A DNA stretch of 64,000 bases from Acutalibacteraceae bacterium (GCA_045612205.1 JAZKYQ010000081.1:206-64205); one strand, 5' to 3'; positions 1 through 10,024 are shown, numbered from the stretch's first letter. Numbers and translations are program-made. Notes: generated by a model from the sequence alone, not told the origin.

Positions 1-1313
1 ATTTCAACTCTTACCTTGCCGATTCTTCTTTCTTCAACATTGAGAATGGTAAGCTTGAGGTTTTCGTGAATCACTTCGTTCATTTCGCCGTCCTTGGGAA
101 GGAAGCCGAGCTGGCTGATGATGAAGCCGCCGAGGGTATCATAATCGCCTTCGGGGATGATTTCGCCCACAAGCTCGTTGACTTCTTCGATATATGCCGT
201 GCCGTCAACGGTGAAAACGTTTTCGCTTTCTTCCACGATTTCTTCTTCCTCGTCGTCGTATTCGTCACGGATGTTACCCATAATTTCTTCAACAAGGTCC
301 TCCATTGTAACGATACCTGCCGTGCCGCCGTATTCGTCAACAACAACCGCCATCTGAACTCTTTCTTCGCTCATTTCGCTGAAGAGCTTGCCGCAGTTCT
401 TGCTGAAGGGAACATAGTAAGCAGGACGCATCACATCTGTGGGAGTTTTGTCCTTGGGAAGAGCTTCGGAAACATATTTAAGAAGATCCTTGATATAAAT
501 GACACCGATAATATTGTCCTGATCCTCGTGGAAAACGGGGATTCTTGAATAGCCGTGCTCCATTGAAAGATTGACAACCTCTTCAAGTGAGTCTGTGTCC
601 TCAACAGCAATCATATCAGTTCTGTGAGTCATAACGTCGGAAACATCTGTGTCGTCAAATTCAAATACATTGTTGATCATTTCAGCCTGAAGGTTTTCGA
701 TTACACCCTTTTCCTCACCTACGTCAACCATCATAAGAATTTCTTCTTCGGTGACAACCTCTTCATTGGCGTTGGGGTCAAAGCCTAAAAGACGCACAAC
801 AGCGTTGGTTGAAAAAGAAAGAATTTTTACAAAGGGTGAGCTTATCTTCTTTACAACAAGAAGAACACCTACAACTGAAAAAGCGATTTTTTCAGGCTTC
901 TGCATACCTATTCTCTTGGGAGCAAGCTCACCTAAAACAAGTGAGAAGTAGGACATCACAAGAGTGATGATGACAACTGAAGCTCCGCTGATGATGTCGG
1001 TGAATTTTGCCATTGAGGGACTGATTGAAAGAATAGCATCTGTGAGCATTGCGGCAAAGGTTGTTGAAGCACTCGCTGAGGTAAGGAAGCCTGCGAGGGT
1101 CACACCGATCTGAATTGTGGAAAGGAAGTTACTGGGATTTTCGGTAAGCTTTTTCACCTTCTGAGCCTTTTTGTTGCCTTCCTCTGCCTGCTTGTCAATT
1201 ATATTGTCGTTAAGTGAAATGATTGCAATTTCGCTCATTGCGAAAAAAGCATTGACTAAAATAAGTGCGAACAGTAAAACAATGTTAAAAATTAAACTGC
1301 CGGGGTCATCCAT
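1..1313 (-). CDS. CNNM/TlyC-type 'hemolysin family' membrane protein (DUF21 TM region + CBS pair + CorC_HlyC domain); C-terminus cut by window edge
   Basis: Absent from the ORF track because there is no stop inside the window. My reverse-strand translation from ATG 1313..1311 gives MDDPGSLIFNIVLLFALILVNAFFAMSEIAII... and stays open to base 1 (...ENLKLTILNVEERRIGKVRVE). Track ORFs 66..548(+), 157..357(+) and 80..346(-) are off-frame shadows. Family call is by recognition of domain order. Confidence 0.8.
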   Translation of the reverse strand, partial: MDDPGSLIFNIVLLFALILVNAFFAMSEIAIISLNDNIIDKQAEEGNKKAQKVKKLTENPSNFLSTIQIGVTLAGFLTSASASTTFAAMLTDAILSISPSMAKFTDIISGASVVIITLVMSYFSLVLGELAPKRIGMQKPEKIAFSVVGVLLVVKKISSPFVKILSFSTNAVVRLLGFDPNANEEVVTEEEILMMVDVGEEKGVIENLQAEMINNVFEFDDTDVSDVMTHRTDMIAVEDTDSLEEVVNLSMEHGYSRIPVFHEDQDNIIGVIYIKDLLKYVSEALPKDKTPTDVMRPAYYVPFSKNCGKLFSEMSEERVQMAVVVDEYGGTAGIVTMEDLVEEIMGNIRDEYDDEEEEIVEESENVFTVDGTAYIEEVNELVGEIIPEGDYDTLGGFIISQLGFLPKDGEMNEVIHENLKLTILNVEERRIGKVRVE

Positions 1314-1434
1314 TTTGGATTGATCTCCTTTCAAAATTAAAGAATATTATATATCTTTACGATATAACAATTTATAATTATAGCACATTGTGGGAGAAAA
1401 ATCAAGATGCAGGGGCGGCTGAGGGAGTAATTCC

Positions 1435-2220
1435 TTACTCACCTAACAAAAAATTATAATAGGTCGGGCCCTCGGGCTCGTCGTATTCCTCATATTCGTA
1501 TTCCGGCTCATATGAAATGGGGTGGCCGTACATCAGGGTTTCAATTTTGGACTTGTAGGGCAGAATGTCTGTAAAATAATTACTGTTTTCAAGCGGGTCA
1601 ATGCCGTTTTTGATAATATACTCACCGATAAGCTTTTTTTCAATCCCCTTTTCTTTTACCGTTTCATCAACCTTATCAATTATTATATTCCACAGTCTGT
1701 CATCGCTCGGACCGCCGAAGTCATATTTGTAGCCGTCGGCGAAATTGACAGAGTAAACAAAGTCGACATAAATTTTGGGCAATCTGTGCTTTGAATAGAA
1801 GGTTTCTGCATCAAGGCCTACCGTTACCGATTCTGCATCCTCAATTTGGTAAACCTTTGTAACCTGACCTATAAGGTTATGCTTTGTGATTGTTTCTGCG
1901 GTTATCTCCGTTCTTGAGGGATAAGCGGCATAGGGGAGAATAACAAGAAAGGCAAAGCCGAGGGTGAAATAAGCAATGCCTAGCTTTGTCATAACAAGGT
2001 ACTTGCTGTTTTTAAAAAATACAACAGCACTGATAAAAAAGGGCACGGCGAGGAATAAAACTACAAATGCCATAAAGTCACCCGTGTCAATAATGACATT
2101 TTCCTTGTCAGGAAAAATAATATCATTAACCGTAACGGGGGAGAAATACCACAGGGCAATATAGGCTGCAACAACGGCAAGGAATATGTTCCGGAAGGTG
2201 GTGACCTTCATACTTATCAA
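1435..2220 (-). CDS. hypothetical membrane protein (about 3 N-terminal TM helices, Tyr/Glu-rich C-terminal tail)
   Basis: 261-aa ORF with hydrophobic segments FLAVVAAYIALWYF, FMAFVVLFLAVPFFISAVVFF and IAYFTLGFAFLVILPYAAY. No family recognised. Confidence 0.6.
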   Translation of the reverse strand: MISMKVTTFRNIFLAVVAAYIALWYFSPVTVNDIIFPDKENVIIDTGDFMAFVVLFLAVPFFISAVVFFKNSKYLVMTKLGIAYFTLGFAFLVILPYAAYPSRTEITAETITKHNLIGQVTKVYQIEDAESVTVGLDAETFYSKHRLPKIYVDFVYSVNFADGYKYDFGGPSDDRLWNIIIDKVDETVKEKGIEKKLIGEYIIKNGIDPLENSNYFTDILPYKSKIETLMYGHPISYEPEYEYEEYDEPEGPTYYNFLLGE

Positions 2221-2373
2221 CCTTTCATTTTTGTTTAGTGATTATATTATAATATATATGTTTTTACAACGCAATGTGAAAAATGATACTTTTCAGGTGA
2301 AAAAGTATGAAAATGTATACTTTTTTGTGATGGATTGCGAAATATCCTCTCCGTTTTTCAGCTATGCAAAAAA

Positions 2374-2403
2374 CACTGCCTTGCTAAAAGCAGCAAAGCG
2401 GTG
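2374..2403 (-). terminator. probable intrinsic terminator of mutS2
   Basis: Interrupted 12-bp stem CACTGCcTTGCT / AGCAAaGCGGTG. On the minus strand it is followed by TTTTTTGC. A second perfect 11-bp hairpin (GTTACCTTTCT/AGAAAGGTAAC, 2440..2465) lies just after the mutS2 stop but has no T-run. Confidence 0.55.
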
Positions 2404-2485
2404 CAGGTTGGTTTTCTTTGTGCCCTCGGCGGGCGTGCCGTTACCTTTCTTGAAAGAAAGGTAACCCAAAGAACTTTAACATTTT

Positions 2486-4882
2486 TTACTTAAGAGTTAC
2501 TATAGTAACACCTGTCTCGCCCTCACCGTAAACACCGAGTCGGAAGGATTTGACATAACGGTTCTTACGAAGGTATTCGTGAATACCCTTACGAAGCACA
2601 CCCGTGCCCTTGCCGTGAATGACGGTGATTTCACCAAGACCGAGACGAAGAGCCTGGTCAATGTAGCGGTCAACCTCGATCACACCTTCTTCAACATTCA
2701 TGCCTCTTAAGTCGCAACGGGTCTGTGCCTCTGTGCCGGGGGAGAAGACACGCTCTGTTCTGTTCGGAACATTGCGCGGCTTATTGTTATTTTTGTGCTG
2801 CTTGCCCTTTTCAATGAGCCTTAAGTTGCTTTCGGGGGTGCGCATCTTCATGATGCCTGCCATAACCTCAACATTGCCCTTTCTGTCCTTAAGGGCGGTA
2901 ACTGTCGCGGTTTTACCCATGTCGGCAACAAGCACCTCGTCACCGATTTTAAGCTCACGAGGAAGAGTGTAATTTTCATCCTCGATAACTGCAGCAACAA
3001 CGGGATTTGTGATGTCGTCAAAGTCGGCAAAGCCCTTTTTCATCATCTGCTTTGCACGTCTTAGCATCTCTGCCTTGTCGGCATTTTTTGCACTTTCCTT
3101 CTTGAGCTGTTCAAACTCATTGGTAAGCGCCATAGCACTGCGCTTTGCCTGCTGAACAATTTTGAGTGCCTGACTCTGAGCCTTTTCAAGCTCCTTTTGT
3201 CTGAGCTCCTCAATGCCGTCCTTGAGCTTCTGAGCTTCTGCCTTTTCTCTTTCAGCCTCTGCTTTAAGAGTATCGGCAATTTCCTTCTGCTTTTCAAATT
3301 CCTGACGGCTTGTTTCAAGATTGTGAAGCACATTTTCAAACTGTGTGCTTTCCTTTGAAACAAGGGATTTTGCTCTTTCGATTATCTCATTTTCCATTCC
3401 CAGACGAAGAGAAATAGCAAAAGCGTTTGAGCGTCCCGGTGTACCGATGAGAAGTCTGTAGGTGGGCTTGAGGGACTCAACGTCAAATTCACAGCTGCCG
3501 TTTTCGATTCTCGGAGTTTCAAGAGCGTAAGCCTTGAGCTCTGCATAGTGAGTGGTTGCAGCAATTTTTGCACCTTGTTCGTGGAGCTTTTCAAGAATTG
3601 AAATTGCAAGAGCGGCACCCTCAATGGGGTCTGTACCTGCACCCAATTCGTCGATAAGTACAAGGCTTTTGTCGTCTGCCTTTTCAAGAATATCAATGAT
3701 GTTGACCATATGTGACGAGAAGGTTGAAAGGCTCTGCTCAATGCTCTGCTCGTCGCCGATGTCGGCAAGAATATTTTCAAAAACGGAGATTTCACTCTGA
3801 TCCTTAACGGGAAGCATAAGTCCGCACATAGCCATAAGACTGAGAAGACCTATTGTTTTGATAGAAACGGTTTTACCACCCGTGTTGGGGCCTGTGATAA
3901 CAAGAGTGTCAAAGCTTTTACCAAGAGAAATGTCTGTTGCCACAACCTTTTTCGGATCGATGAGAGGATGTCTCGCACTTTTAAGGTTGATGATTCCCTC
4001 GTCGTTGAGAATGGGCATTGTTGCCTTCATGTCGTAGGCAAGCTTTGCCTTTGCAAAAATAAGGTTAAGCTCAACGGCACATTCATAGGAGCTTTTGATG
4101 CCCTGATAGAAGGAGCCTGCTTCAACGGAAAGCTCGAAGAGGATTCTTTCAATCTCTTCCCTTTCCTTGCCCTGAAGAACCTTAATTTCATTGTTTGCCT
4201 CAACAACTGCGGCAGGCTCAATGAAAACCGTTGCACCACTTGAGGATGTATCGTGAACAAGACCGCTGACCTCTGCTCTGTGCTCGATTTTGACAGGCAC
4301 AACATATCTGCCGTTACGCATTGTTACAATTGAGTCACGAAGATATTTCTGAAAGTGAGCCGAACGGGTCATCTTGTCAAGATGGTCACGGACCTTTGAG
4401 GAGGCAACTCGGATTTTTCTTCTTATATCGTAAAGTGCGGGTGAAGCATTGTCACTCATCTCATCCTCGCTGATGATTGCCGAGGTGATTTTATCCTCAA
4501 GGTACTTGTTGGGCATAAGTGAGTAAAAATATGTATCGATGCTTGTTGTGACACCGCTGTTTCTGTTTTTCCATTCGCTTAATGAGCGGATTACACGAAG
4601 CACCTCTGCAACGTCAAGAAGCTCACGCATATTAAGAACGCTGCCTGCATTGGCACGGCTTAAGCAGTTGTTGATGTTCTTAAGTCCGCCGAAGGAGGGG
4701 GCGCCGAATTTTGCCATGAGCATATATGCGTCATCAGTCTGCTGAAGAAGAACCCTTGCGAGGCTGAGGTTTGTTTCGGGCTTGAGGTTTTCTGCCTCGT
4801 ATCTTGCATCCTCGCAGCTTGTAAGAGCTGAAAGCTTCATAAGAATTTTATCAAGCTCGAGAGCCTTGTAATGCTTGTTCAT
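2486..4882 (-). CDS. mutS2: endonuclease MutS2 (MutS domain V ATPase + coiled-coil + C-terminal Smr domain)
   Basis: 798 aa. Walker A GPNTGGKTV; STFSSHM and LIDELGAGTDP motifs; long Lys/Glu-rich coiled-coil; C-terminal Smr-like ITVIHGKGTGVLRKGIHEYL. Confidence 0.95.
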   Translation of the reverse strand: MNKHYKALELDKILMKLSALTSCEDARYEAENLKPETNLSLARVLLQQTDDAYMLMAKFGAPSFGGLKNINNCLSRANAGSVLNMRELLDVAEVLRVIRSLSEWKNRNSGVTTSIDTYFYSLMPNKYLEDKITSAIISEDEMSDNASPALYDIRRKIRVASSKVRDHLDKMTRSAHFQKYLRDSIVTMRNGRYVVPVKIEHRAEVSGLVHDTSSSGATVFIEPAAVVEANNEIKVLQGKEREEIERILFELSVEAGSFYQGIKSSYECAVELNLIFAKAKLAYDMKATMPILNDEGIINLKSARHPLIDPKKVVATDISLGKSFDTLVITGPNTGGKTVSIKTIGLLSLMAMCGLMLPVKDQSEISVFENILADIGDEQSIEQSLSTFSSHMVNIIDILEKADDKSLVLIDELGAGTDPIEGAALAISILEKLHEQGAKIAATTHYAELKAYALETPRIENGSCEFDVESLKPTYRLLIGTPGRSNAFAISLRLGMENEIIERAKSLVSKESTQFENVLHNLETSRQEFEKQKEIADTLKAEAEREKAEAQKLKDGIEELRQKELEKAQSQALKIVQQAKRSAMALTNEFEQLKKESAKNADKAEMLRRAKQMMKKGFADFDDITNPVVAAVIEDENYTLPRELKIGDEVLVADMGKTATVTALKDRKGNVEVMAGIMKMRTPESNLRLIEKGKQHKNNNKPRNVPNRTERVFSPGTEAQTRCDLRGMNVEEGVIEVDRYIDQALRLGLGEITVIHGKGTGVLRKGIHEYLRKNRYVKSFRLGVYGEGETGVTIVTLK

Positions 4883-4906
4883 TATGGTCGTCTCCTTTCC
4901 GACAGC

Positions 4907-5659
4907 TTAAAATTCTGCCATCTTTTTATAAAAAGCGAGAGTTTTGAATTTTCTGTTTGTTATGTTAAGAAGATATTTTTCTGATATTTCCGAAAGACAG
5001 GCAAGGCTTTCAGAAGGAAGAGTGAAGCTGAAAATTTTAGCGTTGTCGCTAAGACAGATATGTCTCATTGCTCTTACGACACCCGAATTCATTTCGTGAA
5101 CCTTTGAAGCAGGTCGGCAATCGTGACAGAAAAGCTCTCCCGTAAATGAATCAAGATACATTTTTTCAGTTTCAAACTGTCCGCATTTTTTGCAGGCAAC
5201 AAGCTGTGGCATATAGCCGGAGAGGGTGAGCATACGAAGCTCAGCAACGGTTTTGACAAGAACAACATCCTTGCTTTTGGTTGCAATCAGATGCAGACTG
5301 TTGAGCAGCAACGGCAAAAATTCCCCTGCCTCTTCCTCTCTCGGAGCAAGCTCATAGGCAAGCTCGGAAAGATACTGAGCAAGGGAAAGGTCAATAATGT
5401 CCTGCCTGAGAGAAAAGAATACCTTTTTAGGTGTTGCTTCCTTTATGAAATAAACGTCCTTTTTTGTTTTGTCAACGGAAAAGTCTGAATAGCAAAACAA
5501 GCCTGTGGAAGAAACGTTTTTGTTTTTAGGGTTTCTTCCACCGTTTACAAAGGCCTTTATAACGCCCTTTTCTTTTGTGAGAATGGTGACAAGTCTGTCC
5601 TGTTCACCTGTATTCTGTTCACGGATTACTATACCGTCCGTCCTCATCGTCATATTCAT
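4907..5659 (-). CDS. recO: DNA repair protein RecO
   Basis: N-terminal OB-fold-like GIVIREQNTGEQDRLVTILTKEKGVIKAF and a Cys4 zinc motif (CKKCG...CHDC). It sits in the Firmicutes era-yqzL-recO order. The track ORF starts at 5722, but the ATGs at 5659/5653/5647 follow a GGAGAGG Shine-Dalgarno, so the exact start is uncertain within about 12 nt. Confidence 0.9.
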   Translation of the reverse strand: MNMTMRTDGIVIREQNTGEQDRLVTILTKEKGVIKAFVNGGRNPKNKNVSSTGLFCYSDFSVDKTKKDVYFIKEATPKKVFFSLRQDIIDLSLAQYLSELAYELAPREEEAGEFLPLLLNSLHLIATKSKDVVLVKTVAELRMLTLSGYMPQLVACKKCGQFETEKMYLDSFTGELFCHDCRPASKVHEMNSGVVRAMRHICLSDNAKIFSFTLPSESLACLSEISEKYLLNITNRKFKTLAFYKKMAEF

Positions 5660-5816
5660 AATCCTCTCCGTTGGGGCATTCAACGAAAAATTCTTCACTT
5701 GCTTCAAAGTCGGGGGAGTCATCTTCTTCCTCTCTGTTTTCTGCCCTTTGGTAATCCAGATAATCGGAAATCTTCCCCGTCTGAATGAATTTATCCCACA
5801 AATCTCTTTTGTTCAT
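5619..5816 (-). CDS. YqzL-like small acidic protein
   Basis: 65 aa; MNKRDLWDKFIQTGKISDYLDY resembles the YqzL N-terminus. It lies between era and recO as in Bacillus. Its 3' end overlaps the recO start by about 40 nt. Confidence 0.6.
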   Translation of the reverse strand: MNKRDLWDKFIQTGKISDYLDYQRAENREEEDDSPDFEASEEFFVECPNGEDYEYDDEDGRYSNP

Positions 5817-5948
5817 TTCATCACCTCATCTGTTTTTGTATAAAGAATACATCTTCATATCCTTATACTTTGCAGAAAAAGGTCTTAATAAACGGCTTTA
5901 TTTTATTTTTATGATGTTTACAAAAGTGACAGGGGATTTTTGTGCAGT

Positions 5949-6836
5949 TTAATCAAGACCGAAATTGTGGATGAGACCCTCGCGGTTACGCCAGTCCTCC
6001 TTGACCTTGACCCAGCACTGGAGATTTATCTGACAGGAAAAGAACTTTTCCATATCCTGTCTTGCGTAGGTGGAAATTCTCTTGAGGGTTGCACCCTTCT
6101 TGCCGATAATGATACCCTTGTGGCTTTCCTTTTCGCAGTAAATGATCGCTTCAACATCCATAAGCTCACGGTCGCTTCTTTCTCTCATCTTTTCAATGGA
6201 GACGGCAACACCGTGAGGGATTTCCTTGTCAAGAAGACGAAGCATCTTTTCTCTTATAATTTCCCAAGCGAGAACTCTTTCAGGCTGATCTGTGAGAGTA
6301 TCGTCGGGGAAAAAGTGCTCTGAAGGGAAGGCGAGCTTTTCCATTTCGTCAATGAGAAGATCAATGCCGTCATTCTTCACGGCTGAAACGGGAACGATTG
6401 CGGAAAATTCGTGAAGAGCTGAAAGCTCTGCGATTCTTCCCATAAGCTCAGCCTTATCGGAAACAGTGTCAATTTTATTTATTGCAAGAATGGAAGGCAT
6501 TCTGCTTTTTTTGATTTTTTCAAGAAGCTCCTGCTCGCTTTCTGTAAGCTCACCGGAGGGCTCAACAACAAGCAGACAGGCGTCAACACCTGAAATGCTG
6601 TCTCCGACGGCCTTGATCATTTTTTCTCCGAGCTTTGTCTTGGGCTTGTGAAAGCCGGGTGTATCGGTGCAAACAAGCTGGGTTTCACCCTTTGTAAGCA
6701 CACCCATAATTCTTGTGCGGGTGGTCTGAGGCTTGTCCGAAACAATGGCAATCTTTTGTCCGAGAACCTTGTTGAGTATGGATGATTTGCCTACGTTGGG
6801 CTTGCCTACGATGGCAATGAAAGCTGTTTTTGTCAT
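5949..6836 (-). CDS. era: GTPase Era
   Basis: 295 aa with G1 GKPNVGKSS, G3 DTPG, G4 NKID and a C-terminal KH domain (IIGKKGATLKRI). Confidence 0.95.
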   Translation of the reverse strand: MTKTAFIAIVGKPNVGKSSILNKVLGQKIAIVSDKPQTTRTRIMGVLTKGETQLVCTDTPGFHKPKTKLGEKMIKAVGDSISGVDACLLVVEPSGELTESEQELLEKIKKSRMPSILAINKIDTVSDKAELMGRIAELSALHEFSAIVPVSAVKNDGIDLLIDEMEKLAFPSEHFFPDDTLTDQPERVLAWEIIREKMLRLLDKEIPHGVAVSIEKMRERSDRELMDVEAIIYCEKESHKGIIIGKKGATLKRISTYARQDMEKFFSCQINLQCWVKVKEDWRNREGLIHNFGLD

Positions 6837-6848
6837 TGGTTATTCTCC

Positions 6849-8057
6849 TTAATACTCACCTTTTGGGTCGATGATGATATAGCTTGTGTAGCCGTTTTTA
6901 CGGATTGTTCTCATATATTTGCCTGAATGCTCTTCAAGGTCGATGATGGGCATAAAGGTACGGTCAACGAAATTCTGACTGATTGAGCTGAAAAGTCCTA
7001 TCATATCGGCAAAATCCGTTTTCTTATCAAGCTCGCAGTCCTCGGGACGCTCACTTGTGTAAGCTGCAATGCCGTCAAATTCAGCGTTGCTGACTGAGCC
7101 GTAGTAAATTCTTTTATTGCCGTTCAGAGCATCGTTTGCACTCTGAGTGATGATAAGAAAGCTGTCGGAAGTAAGCTGATTTTTAATCTGCTTGATATAA
7201 GAGCGAAGCACGGCATTTTTACTTTTGAAATTCTTTTCACCGGGGAAGGAGGCTCCGCCTGTGTTTCTGCTGTCAGGGAACTGACAGTTTTCAAGGATAA
7301 AGCCCTTGATGTTAAAGGCCTGAAGCTCTGAAATAATATCAAGAAGATAGCCGAGGGTTTCCTTTGAGCAGGGATTGAGCCAGGTTTTTCCGTCTGTGGC
7401 TGTGTCAATCCAGTTGACATCGGTGTCCATGTACTTTACTGCAAGCTCGGGACTTGTCTGAGGAACGGTGTTGTCAAGAAAGCAGAATATTCTTGCTGCA
7501 ACAGTGATATTTTCTTTTCTGAAAAGGTTGAGCGCCTCTCTTACGGTGTTGTTGTCGTAGATTGCACATTTTCCCTTGATAGCATAGTTGTTCAGTGAGC
7601 TGTAACAAAGCTTGCCGGCTTCTGTTTTGAAGTCGATTATTACGCTGTTACAGTCGTATCTTCTTACTTTTTTGATAAGAGATCTGATATAAGAGGTGTC
7701 TCCGAGCTTTTCGTAAGGCATATAAAGTGCCCTGAAGCCCTCCGAAGCAAGAAGAGACTCGGTGTCCTCCTCGGGACTGATGGTGATGTTTTCCGACGCA
7801 TCTGTGTCAGGTGCTTTATGGGAAATGTCAAGAGAAAGCCTTACAAGAAAGAAGGATGTGCACAAAAGAACAATAATCAGTAATGCAGTCACGCTTCTTT
7901 TGGAAAAATCCGACTGAAATTTCAGGTTGATTCTTCTTCTGAAGGGGATGTTACCTGCAGGGTATTCCCTTGAAAAGGTATAGTAGCTCTTTCTTACACG
8001 GGTTTTGTTTGCGTTGTAAGGGCTTTTACTTTTTTTAAAAAAGCTGTTGAGTTTCAT
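6849..8057 (-). CDS. membrane-anchored putative glycoside-hydrolase-like TIM-barrel protein (DUF4015-like)
   Basis: 402 aa with an N-terminal TM helix (ALLIIVLLCTSFFLVRL). Segments NSVIIDFKTEAGKLCYSS, AARIFCFLDN, WLNPCSKETLGYLLDIISEL and KGFILENCQFPD match my memory of DUF4015. Confidence 0.55.
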   Translation of the reverse strand: MKLNSFFKKSKSPYNANKTRVRKSYYTFSREYPAGNIPFRRRINLKFQSDFSKRSVTALLIIVLLCTSFFLVRLSLDISHKAPDTDASENITISPEEDTESLLASEGFRALYMPYEKLGDTSYIRSLIKKVRRYDCNSVIIDFKTEAGKLCYSSLNNYAIKGKCAIYDNNTVREALNLFRKENITVAARIFCFLDNTVPQTSPELAVKYMDTDVNWIDTATDGKTWLNPCSKETLGYLLDIISELQAFNIKGFILENCQFPDSRNTGGASFPGEKNFKSKNAVLRSYIKQIKNQLTSDSFLIITQSANDALNGNKRIYYGSVSNAEFDGIAAYTSERPEDCELDKKTDFADMIGLFSSISQNFVDRTFMPIIDLEEHSGKYMRTIRKNGYTSYIIIDPKGEY

Positions 8058-8070
8058 TTATAGCTTACCT

Positions 8071-8736
8071 TCAGTTAAAATATTTTGCAGCTTTACTGCG
8101 AAGTGCGGAAATTGTTTCCTTGGGATCCTCACTGCCGAAAATTGCAGAGCCTGCAACGAGCACATTTGCGCCTGCCTTTGCTGCAGTTTCAATGGTTGCA
8201 AGGGAAATGCCTCCGTCAACCTGAATATCCATTTCGATGTTTCTTTCGGCACATTCCTTGCGAAGAGCAACAATCTTGTCCATCATATCCTCCTTAAAGG
8301 ACTGGCCGCCGAAGCCGGGCTCAACAGTCATAACAAGCACCATTGAGAGCTTGTCAAGATAGGGGTAAACTGTTTCAATGGGAGTGCCGGGCTTTACTGC
8401 AAGAGCAGCCATTTTACCGCTTTCACGGATAAGGTCGATTGTTTCTTCAACAGGTGAATCACTTTCAATATGGAAGCAGATGAGATCTGCACCTGCGGCA
8501 ATAAAATCGGGAATGTATTTTTTGGGGTCGCTGATCATAAGGTGACAGTCAAAAACAAGGTCGGAGCATTTTCTGAGGCACTTTACAAGGGGAGCGCCGA
8601 GAGTGATGTTGGGAACAAAGTGACCGTCCATTACATCGATGTGAAGCCAGTCTGCGCCGCAACGCTTCATATTTTCAAATTCCTCGCCCATTTTTGAGTA
8701 ATCGCAGGAAAGAATTGACGGTGATATTTTAATCAT
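8071..8736 (-). CDS. rpe: ribulose-phosphate 3-epimerase
   Basis: 221 aa with PSILSCD, HIDVMDGHFVPNIT, MTVEPGFGGQSF and VDGGI motifs. Confidence 0.95.
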   Translation of the reverse strand: MIKISPSILSCDYSKMGEEFENMKRCGADWLHIDVMDGHFVPNITLGAPLVKCLRKCSDLVFDCHLMISDPKKYIPDFIAAGADLICFHIESDSPVEETIDLIRESGKMAALAVKPGTPIETVYPYLDKLSMVLVMTVEPGFGGQSFKEDMMDKIVALRKECAERNIEMDIQVDGGISLATIETAAKAGANVLVAGSAIFGSEDPKETISALRSKAAKYFN

Positions 8737-8988
8737 AATAAATTACCTCACTTATGTATTTTTTACAAATATAATTTTTCATAATATTATACCAATCACC
8801 AATAAAAAAATCAATATAAACATCACCTTTTTAATTGATATAAGAAAAAATGTTAAAATATTTTATATATGTGTAAAAAAATATCGATTTATGTTTACTT
8901 TTGATAATAAAAGTAGTATTATAAGAATGGCTTTAGCTGTCAAGGACAGCATATATATGGATAAAAAGAGAAAAGGAAGTAGAGAATC

Positions 8989-9930
8989 ATGGATTTCAAG
9001 TATTACATGCAAAAAGCGCTTGATATGCCTGAGGACGGAGACAAAATTGAATATTTCAACCTCAAGGCAAGAATTTCGGGCAATGTGCTTGTTAATGCAC
9101 AGAGAAACATCCCCACCCCCACTTACATCTACGAAGCAGATGTGACAAAATTTTATGAGGAGTATAAGAAGCTCAAGGAAAGCTGCGGTTATCCTTTATC
9201 CTTCAACACTCTTATGATGCGCCTTCTTGTTGAAGGACTCAAGGTTGCTCCCAGACTCAATGCTCACATTCAGTATAATCACACTGCATCAGCAGGCAGA
9301 GTTATTGTCAAAAAGCACATCGACGTAGCAATGCCTATTTTTATGGATCAGGGCGTTACCTTCCCTGTTAAGGTGCGTGCTATCGAGGATAAGAGCCTCA
9401 GAGAAATTTCTGATCAGATCTGTGATATTATGAGAAGACTCGAAAAAACAGATGTTGACGGACTTATGTTTGACCTTATTCAGCAGAGAATGATCGGTTG
9501 GGTTCTCAAGGGTAAGCTTTATTCAACCTCTATGCAGATTCTGTCCGGCTTTGTGGGTAAATACAGCGTTACAAGCCTTAAGGATCTTTTCAAGAAGAAG
9601 GTACGTGATCCCGAAAGCCTTGATATGTATGCTTTCAATGAGGGCACAGTATGCTTCACAAACACAGGTACACTCTGCCGTGATCTTACAGGTCATATTT
9701 CATACGGTCCGCTTCTTTATCCTCAGGTGTTCCTTCTCGGTATCAGCAATATCAAGGATGTTGAATATGCCTACAAAAATGAGGACGGTGTGGTAGACAT
9801 CGGCGTGAAGAAGATGCTCCCCATCACACTTGCTTTTGACCACAGACTCGGCGGCTTCGGAGATGTTATTCCGCTTGTAAAGAAGTTCAAGGAAGTTTTT
9901 GAAAATCCTGAAGTTATTCATCAATGGTAA
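8989..9930 (+). CDS. 2-oxoacid dehydrogenase E2-type acyltransferase, catalytic domain only
   Basis: 313 aa. The C-terminal LAFDHRLGGFGD matches the DHRxxDG active-site motif of E2 catalytic domains. No lipoyl or E1/E3-binding domain is present. Confidence 0.6.
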   Translation: MDFKYYMQKALDMPEDGDKIEYFNLKARISGNVLVNAQRNIPTPTYIYEADVTKFYEEYKKLKESCGYPLSFNTLMMRLLVEGLKVAPRLNAHIQYNHTASAGRVIVKKHIDVAMPIFMDQGVTFPVKVRAIEDKSLREISDQICDIMRRLEKTDVDGLMFDLIQQRMIGWVLKGKLYSTSMQILSGFVGKYSVTSLKDLFKKKVRDPESLDMYAFNEGTVCFTNTGTLCRDLTGHISYGPLLYPQVFLLGISNIKDVEYAYKNEDGVVDIGVKKMLPITLAFDHRLGGFGDVIPLVKKFKEVFENPEVIHQW

Positions 9931-9941
9931 TTATAACCGGC

Positions 9942-9980
9942 GGGCGTTTCGGCAAAAGGCTGAAGCGCTCTTTTGTTTTG
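9942..9980 (+). terminator. intrinsic terminator after the E2-like gene
   Basis: Stem GCGTTTCGGC / GCTGAAGCGC (two G-U pairs), 5-nt loop, then TCTTTTGTTTTG. Confidence 0.6.
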
Positions 9981-10024
9981 CGCAGAACCCAGGAGAACAA
10001 TAATCAAGTTTTTTTCAAAAAAAG

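Noticed and set aside
66-548. 160-aa plus-strand ORF (and neighbouring 66-88-aa ORFs) at the left edge
   Set aside because: It lies antisense to, or off-frame within, the well-supported minus-strand CNNM/CorC gene that runs 1313..1. Its composition (FFFLVVVF, HDFFF runs) is typical of a shadow ORF.
2186-2464. 92-aa plus-strand ORF in the gap between the 1435 gene and mutS2
   Set aside because: It spans the hairpins and terminators downstream of mutS2 (its tail ...PLPFLKER is the translation of a perfect palindrome). It has no RBS. I read the region as non-coding.
5917-5930. Single TTTGTAAACAT-like half-site on the minus strand between era and the yqzL-like ORF
   Set aside because: It is an isolated half-site with no tandem partner and no fixed-distance -10 box, which is compatible with chance in AT-rich intergenic DNA.
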